64,000 nt of DNA from an uncultured virus (IMG/VR IMGVR_UViG_3300042337_000191). Taxonomy: Duplodnaviria; Heunggongvirae; Uroviricota; Caudoviricetes. This document shows, in pieces, positions 1 to 9,461 of this stretch; position 1 is the stretch's first letter, and each line of letters opens with the position of its first letter. Under the pieces are notes generated by a model, which saw only the letters and a list, made by a program, of their open reading frames with translations, did no database searches and was not told where the DNA came from. The position numbers and the translations under genes are program-made. The stretch lies in the IMG/VR virus record IMGVR_UViG_3300042337_000191. One strand, 5' to 3'.

Positions 1-1978
1 ATAGATGATTGTTTTCAATACCAGCAGCATAATCCACCGAAGTCGCTGCGATAGCTGGATACAATAGTAATTTTGTTCCTGCCGATCTTGTGGTAACTGC
101 AGGAGCAGCAACGCCAGAAGTATTCCAACCTATAAAATTACTTGTAGCGTTAGAAAATATAATAGAGTTTGCACCAGCCGAGAATGTTACAGCTCCATCA
201 AATGTGTCAGCTGTATCTGTTCTAGCATAATTGGCAGCAGCAACGCCGCCTAGATTAGAAGCATTGGTCGCATTTGTGGCTGCTGAAGCGTTAGTAGCAG
301 AAGCAGCCGAACCATTAATATTGATTGACCAAGTGCCAGAAGCATTAGTGCCAGTTGTTGACGGTGCGCCAACAGAATTATAAGAAATTGTTCTAGCAGT
401 ACCACCATTAAAAGTACTAGTAGCAGCTGCACCAGTTCCATCAGATGCAAACGTTAAGGATTGAGTTGTATTTGCAGTTCCCGCACTAGTAGCATAAGTT
501 GCATTAGTAGCTGATCCAGCCGAAGTAGCGTTAGTGGCTGATGCAGCAACAGGAACCTTATAACTAGAATATGCAGTAGTATCAAAAGATTCGCCAGAAT
601 CTAGAACCACACCAGCAGTAAATTTACAAGAACTATTATCACCATTAACTACTGCAAGTAGAACCCAATCAGCAGGCACCATATAATTTGCTGTTCCTAC
701 ATTGTAGTCTACAATATGGAATGCTGTTGCGCCAGCTGCCGAACCATCGCCAAGATCATAATAAAGGGCTTGCCATGAAGCAAGAGGAATACCATTAGTC
801 GTTGCAGTTACTGCAGTAGTGCCAACAACATCAATTGATCCAGTTGATGGGCAGTTAATGTCATAGTAATTAGCGTTTCCGGGTGATGATGTTCCTTTAG
901 AATCACCAATAATAATGAAACGTGCAGTCCATTTAACAAACCCAGCAACAGCGCCGTAACTAATAGTTCCTCCACCAGAAATATTATGAGCGCCTCTGGT
1001 TGAATAAATTGCTTCATTAAACCAGTTAGTTGTGACAATGTTTGTAGAATTATCAGTTAATGCTTGGGTTGTAGAAGTAGTAGCACTACCGGCACTGGTA
1101 GCATAAGTAGCGTTGGTAGCTGATCCAGCCGAAGTAGCATAGGTAGCATTAGTGGCAGCGGAAGCGTTAGTGGCCGATCCAGCTGACGTTGCGTAGGTGG
1201 CACTATTGACGTTTAAGTTACCTTCAGTCTTGCCGTTAACGTAAGTCGTATTATTTGCTGAAAGGGTTCCAATATACGTCGAATTAACATGAACACCAGT
1301 AGCATTTACTACAGTGCCAGTTCCTTGAGTGACATACAAACCGGTAGCATTAGCAGTTATGCCATTATTAGCAAGAACGCTTACTGTTCCTGTGGCAGTG
1401 ATAGTTCCACCGGTAAGACCATTGCCTGTTGCAACTGATGTTACTCCAGCATCGTCTGTTGCCCAGTAAGTTGCAGTTCCATTCGAATGTAGAACATGTC
1501 CAGCAGTACCAAAACCACCATTAGCAGAAAGACCAGAACTACCCATAATAACATTAGCGTTATGAGTGTGCACTCCGGATATTGTAAATGCAGCAGTAGT
1601 GTTTATAACATTAGCTGGTATTTGAGCGTAAGGCAATGTGCCAGTAGTAATATTGGTAGCGTTGGTATAAAAAGAAGCTAATTGACCGTTCAAATAGGTT
1701 GAATTGTTAGCTGTTCCTGCGTTAGTAGCATAAGTTGCATTAGTAGCGGCAGAAGCATTGGTAGCGCTACCAGCAGATGTGGCATAGGTAGCACTATTGA
1801 CGTTTAGATTGCCTTCAGTTTTTCCATATGGGCCAATAGAATTGGCGACCAAAGTGGCATTGGCATAAACGCCAGTAGCATTGGCGGTCAACATAGTAAA
1901 GGTTGAATTTGCACCGACCCTTAATTGAGTTGTTGTAAGACTACTATTTACCGTAGAGTTACCAATAAACTCACCCAT
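1..1978 (-). CDS. Tail fibre-like protein, 3' end runs off window
   Basis: Not in ORF track. ATG at 1978 overlaps the upstream TAA (TAATG). Reads MGEFIGNSTVNSSLTTTQLRVGANSTF... and shares the GKTEGNLNVNSA motif and (N/S)ATYATSAG-like repeats with neighbouring fibres. Confidence 0.75.
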   Translation of the reverse strand, partial: MGEFIGNSTVNSSLTTTQLRVGANSTFTMLTANATGVYANATLVANSIGPYGKTEGNLNVNSATYATSAGSATNASAATNATYATNAGTANNSTYLNGQLASFYTNATNITTGTLPYAQIPANVINTTAAFTISGVHTHNANVIMGSSGLSANGGFGTAGHVLHSNGTATYWATDDAGVTSVATGNGLTGGTITATGTVSVLANNGITANATGLYVTQGTGTVVNATGVHVNSTYIGTLSANNTTYVNGKTEGNLNVNSATYATSAGSATNASAATNATYATSAGSATNATYATSAGSATTSTTQALTDNSTNIVTTNWFNEAIYSTRGAHNISGGGTISYGAVAGFVKWTARFIIIGDSKGTSSPGNANYYDINCPSTGSIDVVGTTAVTATTNGIPLASWQALYYDLGDGSAAGATAFHIVDYNVGTANYMVPADWVLLAVVNGDNSSCKFTAGVVLDSGESFDTTAYSSYKVPVAASATNATSAGSATNATYATSAGTANTTQSLTFASDGTGAAATSTFNGGTARTISYNSVGAPSTTGTNASGTWSININGSAASATNASAATNATNASNLGGVAAANYARTDTADTFDGAVTFSAGANSIIFSNATSNFIGWNTSGVAAPAVTTRSAGTKLLLYPAIAATSVDYAAGIENNHL

Positions 1979-4900
1979 TATTCAACCTCTTCTAATTTAA
2001 ATTTGAATTTTTTACCATTTTTATTATTTATAATGAAAAGCTCAGTTTCGCCTTCTTGGATAGTCCAATTACCAGTAGTTCCATCAATATCATTACCTCT
2101 AGTTCTTTCGTTAGAAAGATGTAAGTCGCCCGTAAATACGTTGGCCCATCTTAATGTTGCGGAACCTAGATTATAAGCGTTATCAGAACCTGGCATCACA
2201 TTACCACCAACGACCAATTTATCTGCTGGTGTTGTGTTCCCGATACCTACGTTTCCTGATCCAAGAATTCGCATTGCTTCCGATGTATTATTAACAGCAA
2301 AACAAATAGCATCCCCAGAGGTTCCGGAGGCAACCACATTTCTGATAGTAACACCAGCAAAAGTTCCACCATTGTCATAACCAAACAATGCGCCGTAACT
2401 GCCGTTTCTATTGACTGCAAAATAAGACAAACCAGTATTTGATGAAGTACTAATTTGAACTGGTAGAGCTGAGTCTGCTATCGAGCCTGCACCAATAGAA
2501 AGTTTTGATTGTGGAGAAGAAGTTGCAATACCAACATTACCATTAGCAACAATATATGCTGCAGTTCCAAAAGTAGATGTATTAGTAGAAACCACTAAAG
2601 ATACAGTGTTTGTTAATGTTGAATTAGCGGTAAATGCAGTGCCTACTGTATGACTAGCAGCATTAATAATACCAGTGTAAACACCAGTTGAGTTGGCTAT
2701 TGTAGAAGTTCCAACAGTAAGACTGGCTGCGTTCATAGTTCCAGTATGATACACACCAGTAGCATTAGCAATAAGAGATGTACCTACTGTATGAGATGAT
2801 CCATTAACAACTCCAGTATATACCGGAAGATAAGCAGCGATATTCGCATTCAACGTAGAATTGAGCTGATAAGAAGCTGCTGCAGTTCCGCCAAGATTGG
2901 TTGAGTTATTGGAAGTTAATGCGCTGTTGACATTTAACGAACCTTCTGTTTTACCATAAGGACCAGTAGAGTTACCGATAAGAGTAGAACCAACATAATA
3001 TGTTACTGCGTTAACTACTGTAGCATTGGCAGTAAAAGCAGTTCCTACTGTATGACTAGCAGCGTTTACGGTTCCAGTATGATACATACCACCAATATTA
3101 GCAACCAACCAATTTGTAGAAGTATTACCAAGATATAGAGTATTAGCTTGGAAATTGGCTAGTTGAAAAGTAGTATTTGTAGTATCAATGTTAACATTAG
3201 CATCTGGTTCTGGTTTATATCCATCAAAAACTTTCCAGATACCATCAGAAGCATCTCGGAAAATACCAGAATGGGCGTAACCCAAAGAATTACCAGTAGT
3301 ATTATAGTTACCAACTATACCGAGATCTTCGTTGTCTACTGTATTATTTGAATTTAGATAGATAAAGTTATCAACAATAGATAATGTGTTCGAACCAATA
3401 ACATTAACATTACCAGAAATAGAAAGACTTCCAGTAAGAGTCAAACTACTAAAAGAAACGTTATCAGTTGTTCTAACGTTTTGATCCATACGATAAGGAA
3501 GTCTAGCCTCAGCTAAAGTTCCAGTATTAATATTAGATGCGTTTGAAGCAAATACTGTAGCATTAGAATAAGCAGTAGCTGCATTACCAGTAATTGCAGA
3601 ATTAGCTGTTGCTATTTTGCCATCTGTATATGATACAGAGTTCGAATAAGCAGTAGCAGCATTACCTGTTATGGCCGAATTGGCAGTGGCAATTTTACCA
3701 TCAACATACGAAACAGCATTAGAATACGCAGAAACAGCGGCAGATTGCGCTGACGCTGCTCTAGTATTAGCATCTATTGCCCTATCATAAGCATTCTTAA
3801 CAGTATTCGCTACAGGAATATATGTAATAGATGTGTTTGTTACAGAATCTAATTTGAGACCATCAACATAAGAAACAGCATTGGTATAAGCAGTAGCTGC
3901 GTTACCTGTGATCCATGACGATACATTCGCAACAGTAGCAGAAGAATTACCAAGATAAGTTGCTGTGTTTGACGTTAACGCATTATTAACATTTAAATTG
4001 CTTTCGGTTTTACCATAAGGACCGGTAGTATTACCAATTAAGGTCGTTCCTGCATAGTATGATACTGCATTAACTACAGTAGAGTTAGCGGTAAAGGCAG
4101 TCCCTACTGTGTGTGATGCAGCGTTAACAATTGATGCGTCTAGCTTGCCAGTGCTTGGAACGTAATACAACTTAGTTGTTGATACAACTGCGTTTGTCCA
4201 AGCGCCAGAAGAAGCATTTGAAAGACCAATATAGAAAGTCTGAGTGTCTGTATTATTAGCGTTTAATGTAGCGCCAGCAGTAGCCCAATAAGTAGCAGAA
4301 CCGTTTGAAAGTAAAGACTGTCCTGCAGAACCGTAAGAACCGTTTGCTGATATACCAGAGGAACCTAATACGATATTAGCATTAAAAGTGGTCACACCAG
4401 ATAAAGTAAACGATCCAGTTGTATTAACAACATTATTTCCTAACTGAGCGTATGGTAAAGTTCCAGTAGTAATATTAGTTGCATCAGTATAATAAGAAGG
4501 CAAATTGCCACCAAAATATGAAGAATTATTAGCCGTTCCAGTAAAAGAAGTAGAGTTTATAGAAACATTTACAGTGCTATTACCGACATATATTGGTAAT
4601 CTTGTAAACGTGCCAGCATATCCAGTTTCTAAATATGAATTTCCTGTCCAACCGAATACAATACCTTCTAAATTTGAATTTGCTGCAATAATATCAAGAG
4701 AATTGTTTGTATAGTAATATTTTGTAGTGGCTCCTGTATTACGACCAATTTTCCAATTTTGGTCAGATGCTCCACCAAATAATATTGAACCCGTATTAGA
4801 AACGACAGAAATATTATTACCAGTAAACGCTACGTTTGACTGGAAAGTATGAATATTAGACCAAGTGAAATTATACCCAGTATTAACAGAAAGAGTTCCA

Positions 4901-5571
4901 CTCGAAGTAATTGGCCCACCAGTCAAACCAGTTCCTGATCCAACACTAGTAACAGTACCCGTACCAGTAATAGTCGCCCAATAAGTAGCAGATCCATTAG
5001 AAGTCAAAATTTGACCATTAGTACCAATACTACCATTTGAATATATGGGATTAGATCCTATGTCAAGTGGAACATTAATTCTAAAAGCCGATCCTTGACC
5101 AGAAATCGTATTAGCATATACATTAAAAATGGCTCTTTGACCGTTTGTAGTATTTGTAGAATAAAATACAAAGTTATCGTCGCTCTGTTGTCTAAAACCA
5201 ACATTGGCGCCGCCAGACAAAGGAGTAAATGTTATACCCCTATCATTGTATGATATATTAATGTTATTGTTTGTATAAACGCCAGAAGTGTTTGCAATAA
5301 ATGCCGCTGATCCTACTTTAAAAGAAGCAGAATTAATAGAATTAGTAAAAATACCGGAAGAATTGGTAATAGAATTGGTTGCAACGGTTATTGAATTGGT
5401 AACATTGACTATAGTATTATTGGCCCCAATTTCCCAAACGTTTGTTCCATCAGAAGAATATAATATTCTGTCAGTAAGATTAATAGCCTGTTCGCCAATG
5501 GCAATATCTGAAGTAGTTGGCTTTTTGCCTGCGACTGATGAACGACGCAGTTTGAAAACTGTATTTGCCAT
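1978..5571 (-). CDS. Long tail fibre / virion fibre protein (1197 aa)
   Basis: N-terminal KLRRSSVAGKKP..GEQAINLTD motif typical of phage fibres; G/N/S/T-rich repeats; GNVGIG repeats; C-terminal DLHLSNE..GNWTIQEG domain. Confidence 0.75.
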   Translation of the reverse strand: MANTVFKLRRSSVAGKKPTTSDIAIGEQAINLTDRILYSSDGTNVWEIGANNTIVNVTNSITVATNSITNSSGIFTNSINSASFKVGSAAFIANTSGVYTNNNINISYNDRGITFTPLSGGANVGFRQQSDDNFVFYSTNTTNGQRAIFNVYANTISGQGSAFRINVPLDIGSNPIYSNGSIGTNGQILTSNGSATYWATITGTGTVTSVGSGTGLTGGPITSSGTLSVNTGYNFTWSNIHTFQSNVAFTGNNISVVSNTGSILFGGASDQNWKIGRNTGATTKYYYTNNSLDIIAANSNLEGIVFGWTGNSYLETGYAGTFTRLPIYVGNSTVNVSINSTSFTGTANNSSYFGGNLPSYYTDATNITTGTLPYAQLGNNVVNTTGSFTLSGVTTFNANIVLGSSGISANGSYGSAGQSLLSNGSATYWATAGATLNANNTDTQTFYIGLSNASSGAWTNAVVSTTKLYYVPSTGKLDASIVNAASHTVGTAFTANSTVVNAVSYYAGTTLIGNTTGPYGKTESNLNVNNALTSNTATYLGNSSATVANVSSWITGNAATAYTNAVSYVDGLKLDSVTNTSITYIPVANTVKNAYDRAIDANTRAASAQSAAVSAYSNAVSYVDGKIATANSAITGNAATAYSNSVSYTDGKIATANSAITGNAATAYSNATVFASNASNINTGTLAEARLPYRMDQNVRTTDNVSFSSLTLTGSLSISGNVNVIGSNTLSIVDNFIYLNSNNTVDNEDLGIVGNYNTTGNSLGYAHSGIFRDASDGIWKVFDGYKPEPDANVNIDTTNTTFQLANFQANTLYLGNTSTNWLVANIGGMYHTGTVNAASHTVGTAFTANATVVNAVTYYVGSTLIGNSTGPYGKTEGSLNVNSALTSNNSTNLGGTAAASYQLNSTLNANIAAYLPVYTGVVNGSSHTVGTSLIANATGVYHTGTMNAASLTVGTSTIANSTGVYTGIINAASHTVGTAFTANSTLTNTVSLVVSTNTSTFGTAAYIVANGNVGIATSSPQSKLSIGAGSIADSALPVQISTSSNTGLSYFAVNRNGSYGALFGYDNGGTFAGVTIRNVVASGTSGDAICFAVNNTSEAMRILGSGNVGIGNTTPADKLVVGGNVMPGSDNAYNLGSATLRWANVFTGDLHLSNERTRGNDIDGTTGNWTIQEGETELFIINNKNGKKFKFKLEEVE

Positions 5572-5608
5572 TCTAGGCTCTCCTGTAGCTCAGTATATAC
5601 TGAGAATA

Positions 5609-6130
5609 TTAAAATTCATCTGGAGGCAATGTTGCCTCTGTTTTTAGTTTTCTTTTATTTATTGGTAGTTTAGATTTAAGTGTTAAATTTTCTTGATGTA
5701 ACTTATTTAATTCAGAAGTCTGACGACGATATTCTTCTGCTAAATCTTCCAATCTTTTGATATCATCGAAATGTTTATCTTTGTAATCGTTATATTCTTG
5801 TGTTATTTTTATTCTTTCTTCTTTACAATCATGCAAAGATCTTTTTAAATCTTCTATAGTTTTTGTATGTTCTATCTTTTCTTGTTCAAATATTTTTTTA
5901 TCAATAGTAAGAGATTCTACGCCTTTGGCCGCTTGTTGCATCATTTCATTTTGAATCTCAACTTGTTTTTGAGATTCTTCATATTTTGATGAAAGATTTT
6001 TAACTGAAGCTGATAGTGCAGTAACTCTAATTTCTAGATCTATGTTTTTACGCAGAAAATCCAGAAGCATATTTTCTTGCTTCTGGATAAACTGTTTTAA
6101 ATAAATGTCTTGACCTTCATCATTTTCCAT
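5609..6130 (-). CDS. Coiled-coil hypothetical protein
   Basis: 173 aa E/K/Q-rich ORF with heptad character, within the late operon. Confidence 0.6.
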   Translation of the reverse strand: MENDEGQDIYLKQFIQKQENMLLDFLRKNIDLEIRVTALSASVKNLSSKYEESQKQVEIQNEMMQQAAKGVESLTIDKKIFEQEKIEHTKTIEDLKRSLHDCKEERIKITQEYNDYKDKHFDDIKRLEDLAEEYRRQTSELNKLHQENLTLKSKLPINKRKLKTEATLPPDEF

Positions 6131-6160
6131 AGTATAATTCCTTTGTCAACGAAAAATATA

Positions 6161-6907
6161 TCACTTCTTAATTCTTCCTCTGACGTAACCTTCCGGAATA
6201 GCTTCTTGTTTGTTAATTCTGGTGTTTGCTCTACCATTATTAATCCAAATAAGATTCGAAACAGCGCTACGGATTCTTTGTTTATCTTCTTCTGTTTTAT
6301 TAACTCCTTTTTTCGGAGTTTTCTTCCATCTTTGTTTTAGAGAATTAATTCTTTTTTCAATTTGTTCTTCAGATTGTTTTTTACCTACTTTTATATTTAT
6401 TTGAGTTTGTCTATATGTTGGATCTGTCCACAATTCTAAAGATTTTTGTCTTCTCATTTCTATTTGATCATTATCCTCAAATTGCTTTTTATTAGCTTCT
6501 CTCAATTTTTGTTTGGTTTCTTCTGACCTTGTTTTGCCAATAGACCAATGACCCCAATTTTCGTGTTTCTTATGAGATAGTGATATCTTTTCGCCTACTG
6601 TTAATATTTTTTCTCCATCTGTTGTCCAATGACCATTAAGATGGTTTATTAAATTATAATATTTTTTCCCTAACTCTTCATCTTTTATAAAAGAAAGATA
6701 CTTATATTCTTCTATCAATAACTGTTTTCTATCAAAAACCTTTTTAATAATCCTACGTTTAAAATCATGAGGTCTTCTTTTATAAGCGTCTCTCATCCAG
6801 TTCGAAGAACATTTATAACCATCAGTTTCGGTTCCCCAATGAGATCCAATATAATATCTTTTATGTTTTTTATCAAACCAAATATATACAAATCCATACT
6901 TTTCCAA
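6161..6907 (-). CDS. Free-standing GIY-YIG (Seg-like) homing endonuclease with NUMOD3-type DNA-binding repeats
   Basis: GFVYIW...YYIGSH N-terminal motif; GKTRSEETKQKLREA and GKKQSEEQIEKR repeats. Start placed at TTG 6907, 7 nt after AGGAG (track uses ATG 6934). Confidence 0.8.
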   Translation of the reverse strand: MEKYGFVYIWFDKKHKRYYIGSHWGTETDGYKCSSNWMRDAYKRRPHDFKRRIIKKVFDRKQLLIEEYKYLSFIKDEELGKKYYNLINHLNGHWTTDGEKILTVGEKISLSHKKHENWGHWSIGKTRSEETKQKLREANKKQFEDNDQIEMRRQKSLELWTDPTYRQTQINIKVGKKQSEEQIEKRINSLKQRWKKTPKKGVNKTEEDKQRIRSAVSNLIWINNGRANTRINKQEAIPEGYVRGRIKK

Positions 6908-6912
6908 TTTAT

Positions 6913-6946
6913 TACTCCTATGAATTGTTCCCATAGGAGTATTTAG
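6913..6946 (-). promoter_or_regulatory. Late promoter (CTAAATA) overlapping an RBS-sequestering hairpin
   Basis: 10-bp inverted repeat TACTCCTATG (6913-6922) / CATAGGAGTA (6932-6941) covers the AGGAG; CTAAATA lies at 6940-6946. Confidence 0.7.
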
Positions 6947-6960
6947 TAAAAAGTATAGTG

Positions 6961-8814
6961 CTAAAAACTGCCACCATCCAATATATCATAGACTAAAGCT
7001 GTTCCGTTAGACTGCAGAACATATCCGCTAGTGCCAAGTGTTAATTCGTTATATCCATTGGTTGAGTTACCTACCAATAATGCATTATTAGTTACTGTTG
7101 CCTTTCCAGTACCACCGGAAGTTCCTGCAAGAGCAGTGGCAAGAGTAAGAGTATTAGCAACAATGCCAACAGAATATGTAGAATTGGCTGTTAAATTAGC
7201 TGATGTTGTATTAGTGGTAAGAGCACCGGAAGCTAGATATGCGACAAGAGTTGCTGTTCTATATGATGCATCGTTAGTATCTACATCATTGTTACCAGAT
7301 AGTTCTTGTTCTAGATTAAAGAATAGCTTCCATAATCCATCAGTATGATCCCTAAATAAACCAGTATGACGGTTTGCACCATCATTGTAGTTTGCAGCAA
7401 AACCAATATCGACTAAATCGCTGGAATAATTGTTACCAGCAAGGTATATCATTGGGTCAGAAACAATAACTGATTGAACATTTTGAGTTACTAGATTGCC
7501 AGTAACAGTTAGAGTTCCTGCAACACTGACATTTGAGCCAAATGAAGCTCCATCTGTGGTACTAATGTGATTAACATATATATTGGCCCAACGTAAAGAG
7601 TTCGAACCCAAATCATAGCTATTGTTTGTGGTTGGGATAATAGCTGTGTCGATACGAGCATTAAATGTTACTTTGTCAGAAGTTGCATCACCAAGAGTTG
7701 TATTACCATTAACTGATAAGTCAGTGGTAACGACATTTGCGAATGTTACGTTAGAAGTTGTAGCTACCGGCTGTCCGATGAAAACACCAGTGGCATTAAC
7801 GGTAACACCAGTGTTGCCAACAACGTTAATACCGGAAGAGTCAACGCTGATACCATTAGCAGCCTTTGCCCATGTACCAGAAGTATTAGAAACAATACCA
7901 TTATTAGCTAAAACGCCAACACCAGAAGCATCGACATAAACACCATTAGCAGGGTCAACGTAAGTACCAGTAGTGTTAGCAATAATACCGTTGTTAGGAA
8001 GAACGCTTACGGCTGTTGCATTAACCGAAATACCAATACCAGCACCGACATCAATAGTGATATCGCCTACGCTACCACCACCATTTAGACCGTCTCCAGC
8101 AGTGATGCTCGAAATATCACCAACGTCGTCTGCCCAATATGTGCTAGAACCGTTTGTTCTAAGAACCTGATTGGCTGTACCAAGAGAACCATTAACAGAA
8201 AGACCAACACCTGTTCCGATAGTGACTTGAGTAACATTTGCTTTAAAATTAGAACCAACACTAATTGTAGCGCCATTAACTGTGCCTGTAGCGAAAACTC
8301 CAATAGAATTAGCAACTACATCAGTTCCAACAGTATGAGAAGCAGCATTAACAGTTGTTCCAAATAAATTGTTGGTGGTAATAGTATTACCGATTGCAAG
8401 CGTGTTAGAAGTTTTGACAAATGTAAACCCAGCAACACCATTAGCTACGCCAGAATCATTGAACTGAACATAAGTGTTTGATCCAGAGGTACCTGTACCC
8501 CAATAAACGCCGCCTGAAGAATTAACAACTAGAACCTGCCCATTTGAACCGGCAGATCCATTTGCGACCAAAGATGTAATTACCGCATTGGCAACAATAA
8601 CTTTATCAATACCGCTTGTAGAGTTGGCTACAAGGGCATGATTAGCAGTCAGAGTACCAGGATACTGAGCGCCACCAACACGAAGGACACCCGACCCGTC
8701 TGGAAGACCAATATAAAGCGTATTAGAGGCTTGAGTAAAGGCTAATTCGCCGTTTGATAGTCCAGTAACTGTAGCGTTGGACGTAGATCTTTTAATCTGA
8801 ATCTTATTGGCCAT
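6961..8814 (-). CDS. Tail fibre-like structural protein (617 aa)
   Basis: MANKIQIKRS...GELA fibre-type N-terminus; ANNGI repeats; DIGF/HTGLFRD domain also seen in the 1197-aa fibre; ends LDGGSF. Confidence 0.7.
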   Translation of the reverse strand: MANKIQIKRSTSNATVTGLSNGELAFTQASNTLYIGLPDGSGVLRVGGAQYPGTLTANHALVANSTSGIDKVIVANAVITSLVANGSAGSNGQVLVVNSSGGVYWGTGTSGSNTYVQFNDSGVANGVAGFTFVKTSNTLAIGNTITTNNLFGTTVNAASHTVGTDVVANSIGVFATGTVNGATISVGSNFKANVTQVTIGTGVGLSVNGSLGTANQVLRTNGSSTYWADDVGDISSITAGDGLNGGGSVGDITIDVGAGIGISVNATAVSVLPNNGIIANTTGTYVDPANGVYVDASGVGVLANNGIVSNTSGTWAKAANGISVDSSGINVVGNTGVTVNATGVFIGQPVATTSNVTFANVVTTDLSVNGNTTLGDATSDKVTFNARIDTAIIPTTNNSYDLGSNSLRWANIYVNHISTTDGASFGSNVSVAGTLTVTGNLVTQNVQSVIVSDPMIYLAGNNYSSDLVDIGFAANYNDGANRHTGLFRDHTDGLWKLFFNLEQELSGNNDVDTNDASYRTATLVAYLASGALTTNTTSANLTANSTYSVGIVANTLTLATALAGTSGGTGKATVTNNALLVGNSTNGYNELTLGTSGYVLQSNGTALVYDILDGGSF

Positions 8815-8843
8815 ATTAAATGGTGCTCCTGTGAATTTTTATA

Positions 8844-8851
8844 TATTTATA
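8844..8851 (-). promoter_or_regulatory. T4-type late promoter TATAAATA
   Basis: Exact consensus 30 nt upstream of the 617-aa gene. Confidence 0.75.
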
Positions 8852-8853
8852 AA

Positions 8854-9132
8854 TTAAAAGCTTCCACCATCTAGATCGCCAACAACATCAGTACCAAGAT
8901 CAAGTTTCTTTATGATATATTTGTCTGTTACAGAATCATAAACAGGAACAGCGCCTGTAGTTTCATCTACTGAATAAACGTCTTTTAGACTGTCTAATCT
9001 TTCTATCCCTGTACTTATTGTAGGTGTATTTTTAAGAGTAACAGGCGAAGAGGTCTCCAAAACCCCAGCTGTTCCATTAGCTGAAACACGAATAGTTCTC
9101 TTTCTACCTACTACTACATTAGTTATAGTCAT
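8854..9132 (-). CDS. Small virion-associated hypothetical protein
   Basis: 92 aa; ends LDGGSF like the adjacent fibre. Confidence 0.6.
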   Translation of the reverse strand: MTITNVVVGRKRTIRVSANGTAGVLETSSPVTLKNTPTISTGIERLDSLKDVYSVDETTGAVPVYDSVTDKYIIKKLDLGTDVVGDLDGGSF

Positions 9133-9134
9133 TT

Positions 9135-9461
9135 TTATCTCGTAACATTAGGTGTAACTGTGATAATCCCTTCAACTACACGTGAAATAGTAGTGCCGTC
9201 AGATATTTCCACGTCGTATACGTATCTACCAGCCACAAGATTTGCTGTCTGAGCATTTGTTAATGACAAAGTAATAACTCCAACACTAGTATTAACTGCA
9301 GTTGTAAAGGCCACATAATTTGTCGAAGTATACCATTTTCTTAGCTGAGAATTGGCTGTATATCCAACAAGATTCAACATATCGCCGTTTTCGTCGGTTA
9401 ATGTTAGATCTGTTGAAAAATTGGTGCCTTGATCTATAACTAAGTTAGCTTTTGTTGCCAT
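9135..9461 (-). CDS. Conserved T4-like structural protein (IDQG...GRYVYDVEI family)
   Basis: Motifs NLVIDQGTNF and GRYVYDVEI...RVVEGIITVTP, recurrent in T4-like phage structural regions. Confidence 0.65.
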   Translation of the reverse strand: MATKANLVIDQGTNFSTDLTLTDENGDMLNLVGYTANSQLRKWYTSTNYVAFTTAVNTSVGVITLSLTNAQTANLVAGRYVYDVEISDGTTISRVVEGIITVTPNVTR

